The notes under the pieces are model-generated. The model was given only the letters and a program-made list of their open reading frames with translations, was not told where the DNA came from and did no database searches. Of a stretch of DNA of 64,000 nucleotides, positions 45,430-54,847 are shown piece after piece. Source of the DNA: a virus. The first letter of the stretch is position 1, and the number at the start of each line of letters is the position of its first letter. The translations under genes and the position numbers were made by a program. The stretch spans positions 43,382 to 107,381 of IMG/VR virus record IMGVR_UViG_3300030012_002034. One strand, given 5' to 3'.

Positions 45430-45972
45430 ATGCTTAAGAAAAAACCATTTGATAGAAGAAAGGCTACGGCAGAGGTTTTAAACCATCATAAAGATAAGTT
45501 TAATAAGTTAAATATTAATGATCCTTTATTTATACCTAAGTGTGCATATAGACCTTACGGTAGTGATGAATTACACATATCATTTTTTCCTAGTGAAATA
45601 GAAAAGGAACAAGATATTTATACTGAATTCTGTAGTAAAGAATGTGAGCCTGAAACTAAAGAAAGAATACTGTATAAGTGGAGACATAATCCACATTATA
45701 AGGAAGAGTATGAACACACAGAACCTAATGATAGGGGACATGTAAGATATCTTATTCCTGTATCAGAGTTAATTGATCAAGATAAAATAATAGAGCAAGA
45801 CAAAAAAGAAGAAGAAATAGAAAACGCTTTTCCAGATTTTAAAAGTGAGTTTATAGATCCTAATACTGATAATCCAATTAATCAGATGACTATAAGAGAC
45901 TTTGCTTCAATACTTTGGAAGAAGCCAATTAGTAATAAAAAATGGTTAAACAATTTAATTAAAGATTTATGA
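45430..45972 (+). CDS. hypothetical protein
   Basis: 180 aa; C-terminal MTIRDFA. Confidence 0.6.
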   Translation: MLKKKPFDRRKATAEVLNHHKDKFNKLNINDPLFIPKCAYRPYGSDELHISFFPSEIEKEQDIYTEFCSKECEPETKERILYKWRHNPHYKEEYEHTEPNDRGHVRYLIPVSELIDQDKIIEQDKKEEEIENAFPDFKSEFIDPNTDNPINQMTIRDFASILWKKPISNKKWLNNLIKDL

Positions 45973-46694
45973 GTATAGTACTTCCAACAAAAAAAGTAAA
46001 GAAAGAAAGAGTTAATCCAAAAAGATTAATAATTTATAGTAAGCCTAAAACAGGTAAAACAACTGCATTCGCAGGATTAGAAGATAACCTTATTCTAGAT
46101 TTAGAACAAGGTTCTGAATACGTTGAAGCTCTAAAAGTTAAAATAAATAACTTACAAGAGTTATTAGATACAGGTAAAGCAATAAAAGAACAAGGTAAAC
46201 CATATAAATATGTAACTGTTGATACAGTAACTGCATTAGAAAGCATGGTTATGCCTCTTGCTGTAAAGTTATACAGACAAACTCCTATGGGTAAAAGTTA
46301 TCAAGGAGATAATGTAGTAACATTACCTAATGGTGCAGGATATTTATATATAAGACAAGCATTTTTTCAAGTCTTAGATTTTATAGATACCTTAGCACCA
46401 CATGTTATATTATCAGGACATATTAAGGATAAAGTTGTAGATGATAAAGGCTCAATGGTTATGTCAGCTAATATAGATTTGACAGGTAAAATTAAGTCTC
46501 TTATATGTGCTAATGCAGATGCTATTGGATACATGTATAGAAAAGGTAATCAGACAATAATTAACTTTAATAATAATGATGGGGTTACTTGCGGTGCAAG
46601 ACCAGATCATTTAAGAAATAAAGAAGTAGTTATATCTGAAATGAATAAAAAGGGTGAGATTGATACTCACTGGAATAAAGTATATATTGATTAA
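45969..46694 (+). CDS. AAA_24 / Sak4-like ATPase (ssDNA annealing)
   Basis: IIYSKPKTGKTT, LDLE.G, VDT, GAGY, LSGH. Confidence 0.8.
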   Translation: MSIVLPTKKVKKERVNPKRLIIYSKPKTGKTTAFAGLEDNLILDLEQGSEYVEALKVKINNLQELLDTGKAIKEQGKPYKYVTVDTVTALESMVMPLAVKLYRQTPMGKSYQGDNVVTLPNGAGYLYIRQAFFQVLDFIDTLAPHVILSGHIKDKVVDDKGSMVMSANIDLTGKIKSLICANADAIGYMYRKGNQTIINFNNNDGVTCGARPDHLRNKEVVISEMNKKGEIDTHWNKVYID

Positions 46695-46717
46695 TTAATA
46701 ACAAAAACAAAAGTAAA

Positions 46718-47428
46718 ATGGCGTTAAGTACAAAAGACCTACAAGAAGGAGGTGCATCGGTCAAAAAAACAATTGCACCCGGAAATCATACGTTAAAAAT
46801 TAATAGCTTAAATTTAGAAAAGTTTAAGTTTGTAGAAGATGCGTATCACCTTATATTAAATGTGGAAACAGAACCACTTAAAGACTTTGAAGGTTTTTTA
46901 GTTGATCCTAATAATCCAGATGGAGGCAGATACGCAGGTCAAGTTGGTAGAGTTAAGACTAACAGATATGCATATGCAGATGGTGAAACAAGATCAGGAT
47001 TTAAAGTAAACAGAGATAGATCTATTTTAATATTTATTAAAAGCATGTGTAAAGCACTAGATGTAGCAGAAGATTCTGATACATTTACTGACTGGTTTAC
47101 AAATGAAGACGGTAAACATGAAACAATTGAATCATTTGTAGAAGCCTTTGATAATAAAATACAAAATAGTGAAAAAGTATATTTAGATTTTGCTATTGGA
47201 GGTAGAGAATGGGAAAACAAAAATGGTTACATAAACTATGATATGTTTTTACTAAAACCAATGAAAGGCACATTTGCTTTTGGTGAACCAGGTTCTAATA
47301 AAATTATGACTTATAATGAAAAAGATCCTAAACATTTAATACCTCTTAAAATTAAAGACGTAGAGTCTTTTGGAGATGAGGATATTTCAATTCCTAGTAA
47401 TACATCTGGTGACTTTAGTTTAGATTAA
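46718..47428 (+). CDS. putative SSB-like partner of Sak4
   Basis: PG.H.LKI motif; acidic tail GDFSLD; follows Sak4-like gene; own terminator. Confidence 0.45.
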   Translation: MALSTKDLQEGGASVKKTIAPGNHTLKINSLNLEKFKFVEDAYHLILNVETEPLKDFEGFLVDPNNPDGGRYAGQVGRVKTNRYAYADGETRSGFKVNRDRSILIFIKSMCKALDVAEDSDTFTDWFTNEDGKHETIESFVEAFDNKIQNSEKVYLDFAIGGREWENKNGYINYDMFLLKPMKGTFAFGEPGSNKIMTYNEKDPKHLIPLKIKDVESFGDEDISIPSNTSGDFSLD

Positions 47429-47440
47429 TTAAATTAATTT

Positions 47441-47472
47441 AAGAGGGAGTCATGGGGATGGCTCCCTTTTTT
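47441..47472 (+). terminator. intrinsic terminator
   Basis: AGGGAGTCAT-GGGG-ATGGCTCCCT + T-run. Confidence 0.8.
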
Positions 47473-47486
47473 ATTAAATTTAATTT

Positions 47487-48500
47487 ATGATTTCAACTAA
47501 AAATTTAATTTCAAGTATAAATGAAGTTCCAACTGAATGGATATTTGAATACTATTTAAATCTAGAAGAAAAACTAACAGGACAAACTGTTCAAATAAGA
47601 TCAGTATTTAATCCTAGAGAAAGAACACCATCAATGTTTTTATTTCCAGGAGAGATAAGCACTAATAAATATTTCTTTAAGGATTACTCAACAGGTAATG
47701 CAGGTAGTAGTGTTAAATTGGTAATGTTATTAAATAATATTCCGTATTGGAAAGCAAAATTAAAAGTTATCCAAGATTATAATGAGTATACCCTAGATAC
47801 TAAATACACACCTCTTAAAGAATTTAAAGTACATAATAAATATCAAGTTGATGATTATGAGATTAGACACTGGACTAATCTTGATCAGAACTATTGGAGT
47901 ATGTATAAGATAAATTCTAGATTGCTTGAAGCTTATAATGTTTCTCCTTTGACTTATTACACTATGAGTAAAAGAGAAGATGATAAGAAGAAAGTAATTA
48001 AGATTGAAGGTAGAAATATCTACGGATACTTTAAAGATGATGGAACATTATATAAAATATATCAACCTAAAGTAAAAAAGAAAAAGTTTATAAAAGTAAG
48101 AAACTATATACAGGGATCTGAACAGCTTAAATATGATAAAGAGTTTCTTATTATATGTTCATCTCTCAAAGATATGCTTGCGTTTAATAAACTTAAAATT
48201 ACTAATGGAGAATGTATTGCACCGGATAGTGAAAATACTTTAATACCAGAAGCTGCTTTAAATAAAATTACTGAAAGATATAAAGATGTATGTGTTGTAT
48301 TTGATAATGATGAAGCAGGTATTAGATCTATGAAAAGATATCAGGATAAATTTAATTTTAAATATGTTATCTTAGATCTTGAAAAAGATATATCTGATGC
48401 CGTTAAAAAGTATGGTATAGATAAAACAAGAAATATTCTTTTTAAACTTTTGAAAGAACAACTTAGACCAAATGAAACAACAATTAAAAACACAAATTAA
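47487..48500 (+). CDS. DNA primase (TOPRIM, crAss-like)
   Basis: ERTPS..F.DYSTG; SSLKD, APDSE, FDND.AG, KDISD. Confidence 0.8.
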   Translation: MISTKNLISSINEVPTEWIFEYYLNLEEKLTGQTVQIRSVFNPRERTPSMFLFPGEISTNKYFFKDYSTGNAGSSVKLVMLLNNIPYWKAKLKVIQDYNEYTLDTKYTPLKEFKVHNKYQVDDYEIRHWTNLDQNYWSMYKINSRLLEAYNVSPLTYYTMSKREDDKKKVIKIEGRNIYGYFKDDGTLYKIYQPKVKKKKFIKVRNYIQGSEQLKYDKEFLIICSSLKDMLAFNKLKITNGECIAPDSENTLIPEAALNKITERYKDVCVVFDNDEAGIRSMKRYQDKFNFKYVILDLEKDISDAVKKYGIDKTRNILFKLLKEQLRPNETTIKNTN

Positions 48501-48933
48501 ACACAACTTGGAGTGTTGGAAGTATCAAGGTGTAGAATTTACTGATGATATGATTCCAGAAGATGCTGTAGGATTTGTGTATGAAATGAGTACAATACTC
48601 AATGGTAAGTTTGTTAAATATATCGGTAAGAAAAACTTTTATAGCAATGTAAAAACTAAGCTGCGTAAGAAAGATATGCCTACTGATAAAAGGAAAAAGA
48701 CATATAAAAGAATAAAGAAGCTTAATTATCAAAAATACTTTAGTAGTAATGAGGTACTAAAAAAAGCAAGAAAAGATGGTTATCCAATTAAAAGAGAGAT
48801 ACTTTGTATTTGTAACTCAAAACTTCAGCTATCTTATATGGAAGCAAGACAACAATTTTTATGTGATGTATTAATAAGAGATGAGTATTTGAATGGTAAC
48901 ATCTTAGGTAAGTTTTATAAAGGAAAAATATGA
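48472..48933 (+). CDS. GIY-YIG-like endonuclease
   Basis: GFVY...KYIGKK...Y.SS...REIL...E...YLN.NI. Confidence 0.7.
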   Translation: MKQQLKTQIKHNLECWKYQGVEFTDDMIPEDAVGFVYEMSTILNGKFVKYIGKKNFYSNVKTKLRKKDMPTDKRKKTYKRIKKLNYQKYFSSNEVLKKARKDGYPIKREILCICNSKLQLSYMEARQQFLCDVLIRDEYLNGNILGKFYKGKI

Positions 48934-50123
48934 CAAAAAACAAATCTGACTCTCTAGCAAAAGCTAGTAAAGAGTTAATGATGATTGAACCTTTTTATGG
49001 GTTCTTTCTAATTATGCTAAACAAAATTTGGACAAAGACACAAGTTCCTACTGCAGGAGTTTGTAAGAATGGTATCAATTACCAGCTATGTATTAATGAA
49101 GACTTCTGGGATTCACTAGATAAAAAGAAAGAGTTAGGTATATTGAAACATGAATTGCTTCATGTAGCATTTAATCATCTTACTCATTTTTATTTTCCTG
49201 ATAAAAGATTAGCAAATATTGCTATGGACATGGAAATCAATCAATACATTAATAAAACCTGGTTACCAGAAGATGGTATATTTATTGAAAACTATGAAGA
49301 TCTTAAATTAGATCACAAAGCAGGATGTAAGTATTACTATAAAAAACTTCAAGAAGCTAAAGAAGATAAAAAACAGAATGGTACAAGTGGTTGTGAAGAG
49401 TTTGATAGATTATGTGATCAGCTTGATGAAGGAGAAGATCCAGTTAAGAATCATGATATGTGGAAAGACTTTCAAGATTTATCTGAGACAGAGAAAAAAC
49501 TTATTGAGAAGCAGATAAAAAGAGTTCTTACTCAAGCTTCTGATATGGCTGAATCAAAGTCTAGAGGTTGTACTCCTGGAGAAATCAAAGATCTTATTAA
49601 AGTAGATGAGGTGCTTCCACCTAAGTTTGATTGGAAGAATTATGTAAGACGTTTCTCAGGGACTTCTTCTAGAGTATTTACTAAAAAGCTTAGAAGGAAG
49701 GAGAATAGGAAGTTTGAAGATAACCCTGGTCTTAAAATTAAGATGAAGAAGCATGTCTTACTAGCAATTGATACTTCAGGTTCTGTATCTAATGAAGAGG
49801 TAAAGGAATTTATGAATGAAATGAAACATATTTATAAAACAGGGGTAGCTATGACGCTAGCTCAGTGTGATACTTCTATAAGAAAAATAGAACCATATAA
49901 CGGAAGTAATGAATTAAATATTGAAGGAAGAGGTGGAACTGAGTTTGATCCTATTCTAGATTATTTTAATGCAAACTTAAGAAAATATACAAGTCTTATA
50001 TATTTTACTGATGGAGAATGCTACACTAGTGTAAAACCCCAAGCACCTGTGCTATGGGTACTATCTGAATGCTCAAGCATGAATGATAAACTACCAGGAA
50101 AGGTAATTAAATTAGAGTTATAA
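48930..50123 (+). CDS. metallopeptidase-like + VWA domain protein (DUF2201-type)
   Basis: HELLH...N.A.D.EIN; IDTSGS MIDAS; GRGGTEF; YFTDG. Confidence 0.85.
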   Translation: MTKNKSDSLAKASKELMMIEPFYGFFLIMLNKIWTKTQVPTAGVCKNGINYQLCINEDFWDSLDKKKELGILKHELLHVAFNHLTHFYFPDKRLANIAMDMEINQYINKTWLPEDGIFIENYEDLKLDHKAGCKYYYKKLQEAKEDKKQNGTSGCEEFDRLCDQLDEGEDPVKNHDMWKDFQDLSETEKKLIEKQIKRVLTQASDMAESKSRGCTPGEIKDLIKVDEVLPPKFDWKNYVRRFSGTSSRVFTKKLRRKENRKFEDNPGLKIKMKKHVLLAIDTSGSVSNEEVKEFMNEMKHIYKTGVAMTLAQCDTSIRKIEPYNGSNELNIEGRGGTEFDPILDYFNANLRKYTSLIYFTDGECYTSVKPQAPVLWVLSECSSMNDKLPGKVIKLEL

Positions 50124-50141
50124 TTAAAAAAAATAAAGCAA

Positions 50142-51317
50142 ATGAGTGGTACTCAATTAAATACTAATGAATTAAAAGATTTTTTAAAGCATATTGTTAA
50201 GAATAATAAACAAATTCAGGAAGATGGAAAGATTCCTGTAGCTGTAAATATAGAAGGTGACGCAGGTCTAGGTAAAACTTCTGCAATAATGCAATTAGGT
50301 GAAGAGCTTAATATGCATGTAGTAAAGATTAACTTATCACAGATAGAAGAAATAGGTGATCTTGTTGGTTTTCCTGTAAAAGAATTTCAAATACAGAATA
50401 AAGAAGGTAAAACTACTTGGATTACTGAACCTCAGATTAGTACAGCTACTAAAAAAGGTTACAAGGTTGTAGCTAAGAGAATGTCTCACGCTGTACCTGA
50501 ATGGATACAAGGTAAAGATGAAGGTGGTTTCCTAGTTCTTGATGATTATACTAGAGCTGATCATAGATTCATGCAAGCTTGTATGGAGTTAATTGATAGA
50601 CAAACTTATATCTCTTGGACATTACCTAAGAACTGGCATATAGTATTAACTACTAATCCAGACAACGGAGACTATAATGTTACTTCTTTAGATGATGCTC
50701 AGAGAACTAGATTTATATCCGTTGATATAAAGTTTGATGTAGATGTATGGGCTAAGTGGGCAGAAGCAGAAGGTATTGATGGTAGATGTATTAACTTTTT
50801 ATTAATGCATCCTGAACTTGTAAGCCAGAAGATCAATCCAAGGTCTATCACAACTTTCTTCAACTCTATTAGTTCTATAGATAAGTTTGAAGAAGAGTTA
50901 CCTTTAATTCAAATGATTGGTGAAGGATCAGTTGGATCTGAATTCTCAAGCATGTTTACTATGTTTATTAATAATAGACTAGATAAGATTGTTTCTCCTA
51001 AAGATGTTCTATTTAATACAAATCAGGACTATATTACAGGACAATTAAAAGCAGCTACTACACAAGGTGGAACAGAATTTAGAGCAGATATCAGCAGCAT
51101 TATTGCTACAAGAACTGTCAACTATGCTTTACATTATGCAAAAACAAACGCAGTTAAGAAAGAATTAATTGATAGATTGATTTATCTTTCTACGGATTGT
51201 GAGTCTTTCACTAATGATCTTAAATATTATATCATTAAGGAAATAGTTAATGGAAACAAAATTAAGTTTGCTAAACTTCTTATGCACAAAGATGTGGTTA
51301 AGATGGCTGTTAAATAA
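50142..51317 (+). CDS. MoxR-like AAA+ ATPase
   Basis: GDAGLGKT, DLVGFP, LDDYTRA, NP, LD.AQRTRF, NPRS. Confidence 0.85.
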   Translation: MSGTQLNTNELKDFLKHIVKNNKQIQEDGKIPVAVNIEGDAGLGKTSAIMQLGEELNMHVVKINLSQIEEIGDLVGFPVKEFQIQNKEGKTTWITEPQISTATKKGYKVVAKRMSHAVPEWIQGKDEGGFLVLDDYTRADHRFMQACMELIDRQTYISWTLPKNWHIVLTTNPDNGDYNVTSLDDAQRTRFISVDIKFDVDVWAKWAEAEGIDGRCINFLLMHPELVSQKINPRSITTFFNSISSIDKFEEELPLIQMIGEGSVGSEFSSMFTMFINNRLDKIVSPKDVLFNTNQDYITGQLKAATTQGGTEFRADISSIIATRTVNYALHYAKTNAVKKELIDRLIYLSTDCESFTNDLKYYIIKEIVNGNKIKFAKLLMHKDVVKMAVK

Positions 51318-51369
51318 AACTTCAACAGTTTCCAAATAAAGAAAAATTAAATAAGTTTATTCACAAGTT

Positions 51370-51392
51370 AAAGGGGTCTTAGGATCCCTTTT
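51370..51392 (+). terminator. intrinsic terminator
   Basis: AAAGGGGTC-TTAG-GATCCCTTTTT. Confidence 0.75.
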
Positions 51393-51411
51393 TCATTTTA
51401 AAAAAAGCTAT

Positions 51412-52734
51412 ATGGAAGATATGCAAAAAATAATTGAATTAAATGTTAAAACATTAGATGCAAATGGTGATGATCCAAATACTTGGATAGATAATGCTAA
51501 TGCTCATGAGTATACATATACGTTTAGTATAGTTGCTAGACCGCCAATGATTGTCTATGAATCAATAGAAGAGTTATATACTGATCTTAAATGGAACAAA
51601 GACCAGAATAATGTAGGTACAGTAGTAGTTAAGAAAGGAACTAAATTTCATTTTACTCCTGGTGTTAAATTTCCAAGACAACAATTTAAAGAACTACAAC
51701 AAGCTCATGGAGTTAAATCTATAAGAGATATAAGTAAGGCAGATTATATTATAATTGATAATAATATGACAGAAAGAACAGTTCAACAAAAATGGAAGCA
51801 TGGAGTAATAAAAGGCTCAACAATGTTTAATGTTTTATATTTTCTTAATGAAGACTTTATACCAATGTATAAGGATCGGGTAAGTGAATGTTATAAACAA
51901 GAAATTCTAGATAATGTTGATAAAGATCATATGTTTGAACTTGACTATAAAGATCTAAGTCGTGTCCGTTATGCATTAAAATACTTACGTGGAGAACATA
52001 AGTATGAAGTTGATAATGGAAGAAAAGGTTACTTAACTCCACAAGATGAGGCCCTTCTTCAACTTACTATAAATGAACTTAAAGGCACAAGTAAGTATCA
52101 TAATATAGTTGATGAAAATGATTATAAAACTCTTCTTGAATTTCAGAAAGATGATATATCTGAAAGATTAATTGATACTGATTTATTGTCTAAAGTTATT
52201 GACAAACACTTAGACAAAGTTGTTCTTGATGAAGAACAGTATCAAGCTTTAGATACAATGTTTAAAAGTTCTGATGAGGATAATCACATAATTGCTATGG
52301 AGATTATGGCTAACTGTCACTTTAAAGATAGTCTTCTGTACATTGAGAAGTTATTTCTTGATTATTCTCACAAAATGTGGAATACGGGAAAAGCTAATCA
52401 TGTAAACTTTAAGAATCTAAGAAGTTTAGTTGATAGAGCTGATACCTATGACATGAAATATGATAGAGGTTTTGATCATTCAATGAAAGTTTTAGAGAAG
52501 TTTGGTATGTTTACTCCAGAAAATATTAACTTTATGTTAGAAACACATATGAGTAAACTTAATCAATTACTTAATTCTACCAGTAGTTATTTTAATATTA
52601 AATCTATAACTTTAAATGAAGAATGTTTAAATAAATTAAATTTTAACTATATTTACACTACGCAGGATGATTATATACCTAAAGATGAAACTGCTGAAGA
52701 AGAAATAGAAGAAGAACAATTTACTCTTGATTAA
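51412..52734 (+). CDS. hypothetical protein
   Basis: 440 aa; RDISKADYII and S.DEDNH.IAMEIMANC motifs. Confidence 0.65.
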   Translation: MEDMQKIIELNVKTLDANGDDPNTWIDNANAHEYTYTFSIVARPPMIVYESIEELYTDLKWNKDQNNVGTVVVKKGTKFHFTPGVKFPRQQFKELQQAHGVKSIRDISKADYIIIDNNMTERTVQQKWKHGVIKGSTMFNVLYFLNEDFIPMYKDRVSECYKQEILDNVDKDHMFELDYKDLSRVRYALKYLRGEHKYEVDNGRKGYLTPQDEALLQLTINELKGTSKYHNIVDENDYKTLLEFQKDDISERLIDTDLLSKVIDKHLDKVVLDEEQYQALDTMFKSSDEDNHIIAMEIMANCHFKDSLLYIEKLFLDYSHKMWNTGKANHVNFKNLRSLVDRADTYDMKYDRGFDHSMKVLEKFGMFTPENINFMLETHMSKLNQLLNSTSSYFNIKSITLNEECLNKLNFNYIYTTQDDYIPKDETAEEEIEEEQFTLD

Positions 52735-52740
52735 AATTAT

Positions 52741-53748
52741 ATGAGTATAGAAATAAATTCACTCGTAGGTAATGAAGAACTTGAAAAGTTTTATAGCAAA
52801 CCTTTTGCTTTTAGTTATTCAGGTATAAACAAGCTACTGTTCTCTCCAAGTCTCTTTTATTCACATTATATATTGAATGAAAGAGAAGATAGTACTGACT
52901 CTCACCTGCTTGCAGGGAGGGTCATTCACTGTCTATTATTGGAACCAGAAAACTTTGATAAAGAATTCATGGTAATGCCTACAAGTTTACCATCCGGAAA
53001 TAATAAAAATGTTGTAGATCAAATCTTTAAAGTTTATACTTCAAATTATGGTAAAGATTTAAACTTAGAAGATTTTAAAGATGAGATCATATCTTATCTT
53101 GAAGAAATCAACTTACATCAGTCTTTAAAAACAGATGAACAAAGACTTAAGAAAATTTTATCAGATCAAAACAAATCATACTTTAAATTTTTAAAAGAAA
53201 AACAAGGTAAAACAATAGTTGATAATGATATAGTTAATCAAGCAACTGAAAGTGTGCGTGTATTAAAAGGAGATCCAGAGATATGTGAGCTATTACAGCT
53301 TAATCCGGATAGTGAACTTGAAGTACATAATGAGTTGTACATTGAAGCAGATCTTTCACCAACATGGCCATTTGGAATTAAAGGTGTTATAGATAATATT
53401 GTTATTGATGAAAAGAAAAAAATAATTTTTATTAATGATTTAAAAACAACAGGTAAGCCTTTAATTGACTTTGGTGATTCTGTAGAGTTCTATAGATATT
53501 GGATACAAGCTGCCATATATAGAAGACTTGTAGAACATAAATTTGGAATACGTGTTGGTTGGAGGATTGTATTTACATTTCTAGTAATAGATAAATACAA
53601 CATGTACTATCCTTTTCAAGTAACACCTACAACTTTTAAAACTTGGGATTTAGAACTTAATAATATCCTGAATCAATGTAAATATCACTATGAGTCCCGT
53701 GATTATACCTTACCTTACAAGTTAGCTAAACGTAAAGTAAAATTATAA
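52741..53748 (+). CDS. PD-(D/E)XK exonuclease (RecE/ExoVIII-like)
   Basis: SYSG, G..IHCLLLEP, KGVID...DLKTT, Y.Y..QAA.Y. Confidence 0.8.
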   Translation: MSIEINSLVGNEELEKFYSKPFAFSYSGINKLLFSPSLFYSHYILNEREDSTDSHLLAGRVIHCLLLEPENFDKEFMVMPTSLPSGNNKNVVDQIFKVYTSNYGKDLNLEDFKDEIISYLEEINLHQSLKTDEQRLKKILSDQNKSYFKFLKEKQGKTIVDNDIVNQATESVRVLKGDPEICELLQLNPDSELEVHNELYIEADLSPTWPFGIKGVIDNIVIDEKKKIIFINDLKTTGKPLIDFGDSVEFYRYWIQAAIYRRLVEHKFGIRVGWRIVFTFLVIDKYNMYYPFQVTPTTFKTWDLELNNILNQCKYHYESRDYTLPYKLAKRKVKL

Positions 53749-53753
53749 TTTGC

Positions 53754-54329
53754 ATGAAAATAACTTCGCTATATGATAAATACTTTCAAAAGTCTAAGAT
53801 ATTCTTATATCCGCTCTTAGACATTAAAAGAGGCACAAGTGTTGTCCCACATGAAACTTACCTTTCATGGAAGGATAACATCTCCTCTGAGGATATGAAA
53901 CTAGTCACTCTATACAAAACAAGAGAAGATACAATGTATAAAAACTTTATTGAAAAAGTTCTGCTTAAACATCCTAGGTTAGTAGAACATTGGGTTATTA
54001 ATAAAGAAAATACAGTATTTGTTTTTGATTTTTGTGATTTAGAAGATGACTGGTACTTTTTTATACAAGGAAAATATAGCAAAATAAATACAGCAACAAA
54101 GAGAAAGATATGTAACTTTTTTGAAAAGAATAGCGGTAATCATTTATATGTTACTAGCTATTTATTTCCGGATAATCACTTTAAAAACTATGCTAAAATT
54201 TTAGATGTTGATATATCACTTCTAAAGAATGTAGGTGAGTTATGTGATAAACCAGATCTTATAAAAGAAACATTAATCTTAGAAAAAGCAAATTTAGAAA
54301 ACATAGACAATTCAAAAATAAATTGTTAA
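53754..54329 (+). CDS. conserved hypothetical protein
   Basis: FLYPLL, F..GKYS, ELCDKPD. Confidence 0.65.
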   Translation: MKITSLYDKYFQKSKIFLYPLLDIKRGTSVVPHETYLSWKDNISSEDMKLVTLYKTREDTMYKNFIEKVLLKHPRLVEHWVINKENTVFVFDFCDLEDDWYFFIQGKYSKINTATKRKICNFFEKNSGNHLYVTSYLFPDNHFKNYAKILDVDISLLKNVGELCDKPDLIKETLILEKANLENIDNSKINC

Positions 54330-54348
54330 ATTTGATAAAAAAATCAAT

Positions 54349-54789
54349 ATGGAAAACTCAATGATGTTAGTTCAATCCTCATGGAATGGTGAACAGACTT
54401 TTAGAATGGTGCCAATTCACAAAGATTGCCCTTATGTAGAATGTATATGTGATCCTACTACAAAAGTATTTGTAGTTATATCTACTATTACTAAAAATAC
54501 ATTTCATATGATCCCTAAGTTAGATGATAATGGAGATCCTATGTTTGTTAAAAATCTTAAAAGGAAAAACGGTAAGATGCAAAAAGAAGAAAGGAGACAG
54601 TGTGAAACTTTCCAAGAGTTTTATTTAGAAGATACTAATTCAGTTATTGACATTGTAAAACATTTTGCACTTAATGACAAAACTTTTAAATTTAAATGGA
54701 AAGAATTTATAAAAGATAAACCTAAAGAGGATGCAAATACTCACAAAGGTTCAGCTTTAGTAAATCCTACTCCTGAGATTATAACCTAA
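54349..54789 (+). CDS. hypothetical protein
   Basis: 146 aa; TAAATTTG at 54327-54334 upstream. Confidence 0.65.
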   Translation: MENSMMLVQSSWNGEQTFRMVPIHKDCPYVECICDPTTKVFVVISTITKNTFHMIPKLDDNGDPMFVKNLKRKNGKMQKEERRQCETFQEFYLEDTNSVIDIVKHFALNDKTFKFKWKEFIKDKPKEDANTHKGSALVNPTPEIIT

Positions 54790-54808
54790 TCTAAACCAAA
54801 AAAAATAG

Positions 54809-54834
54809 AAAAGGGATCTTAGGGTCCCTTTTTT
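54809..54834 (+). terminator. intrinsic terminator
   Basis: AAAAGGGATC-TTAG-GGTCCCTTTTTT. Confidence 0.75.
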
Positions 54835-54847
54835 AATCTTTATTATT

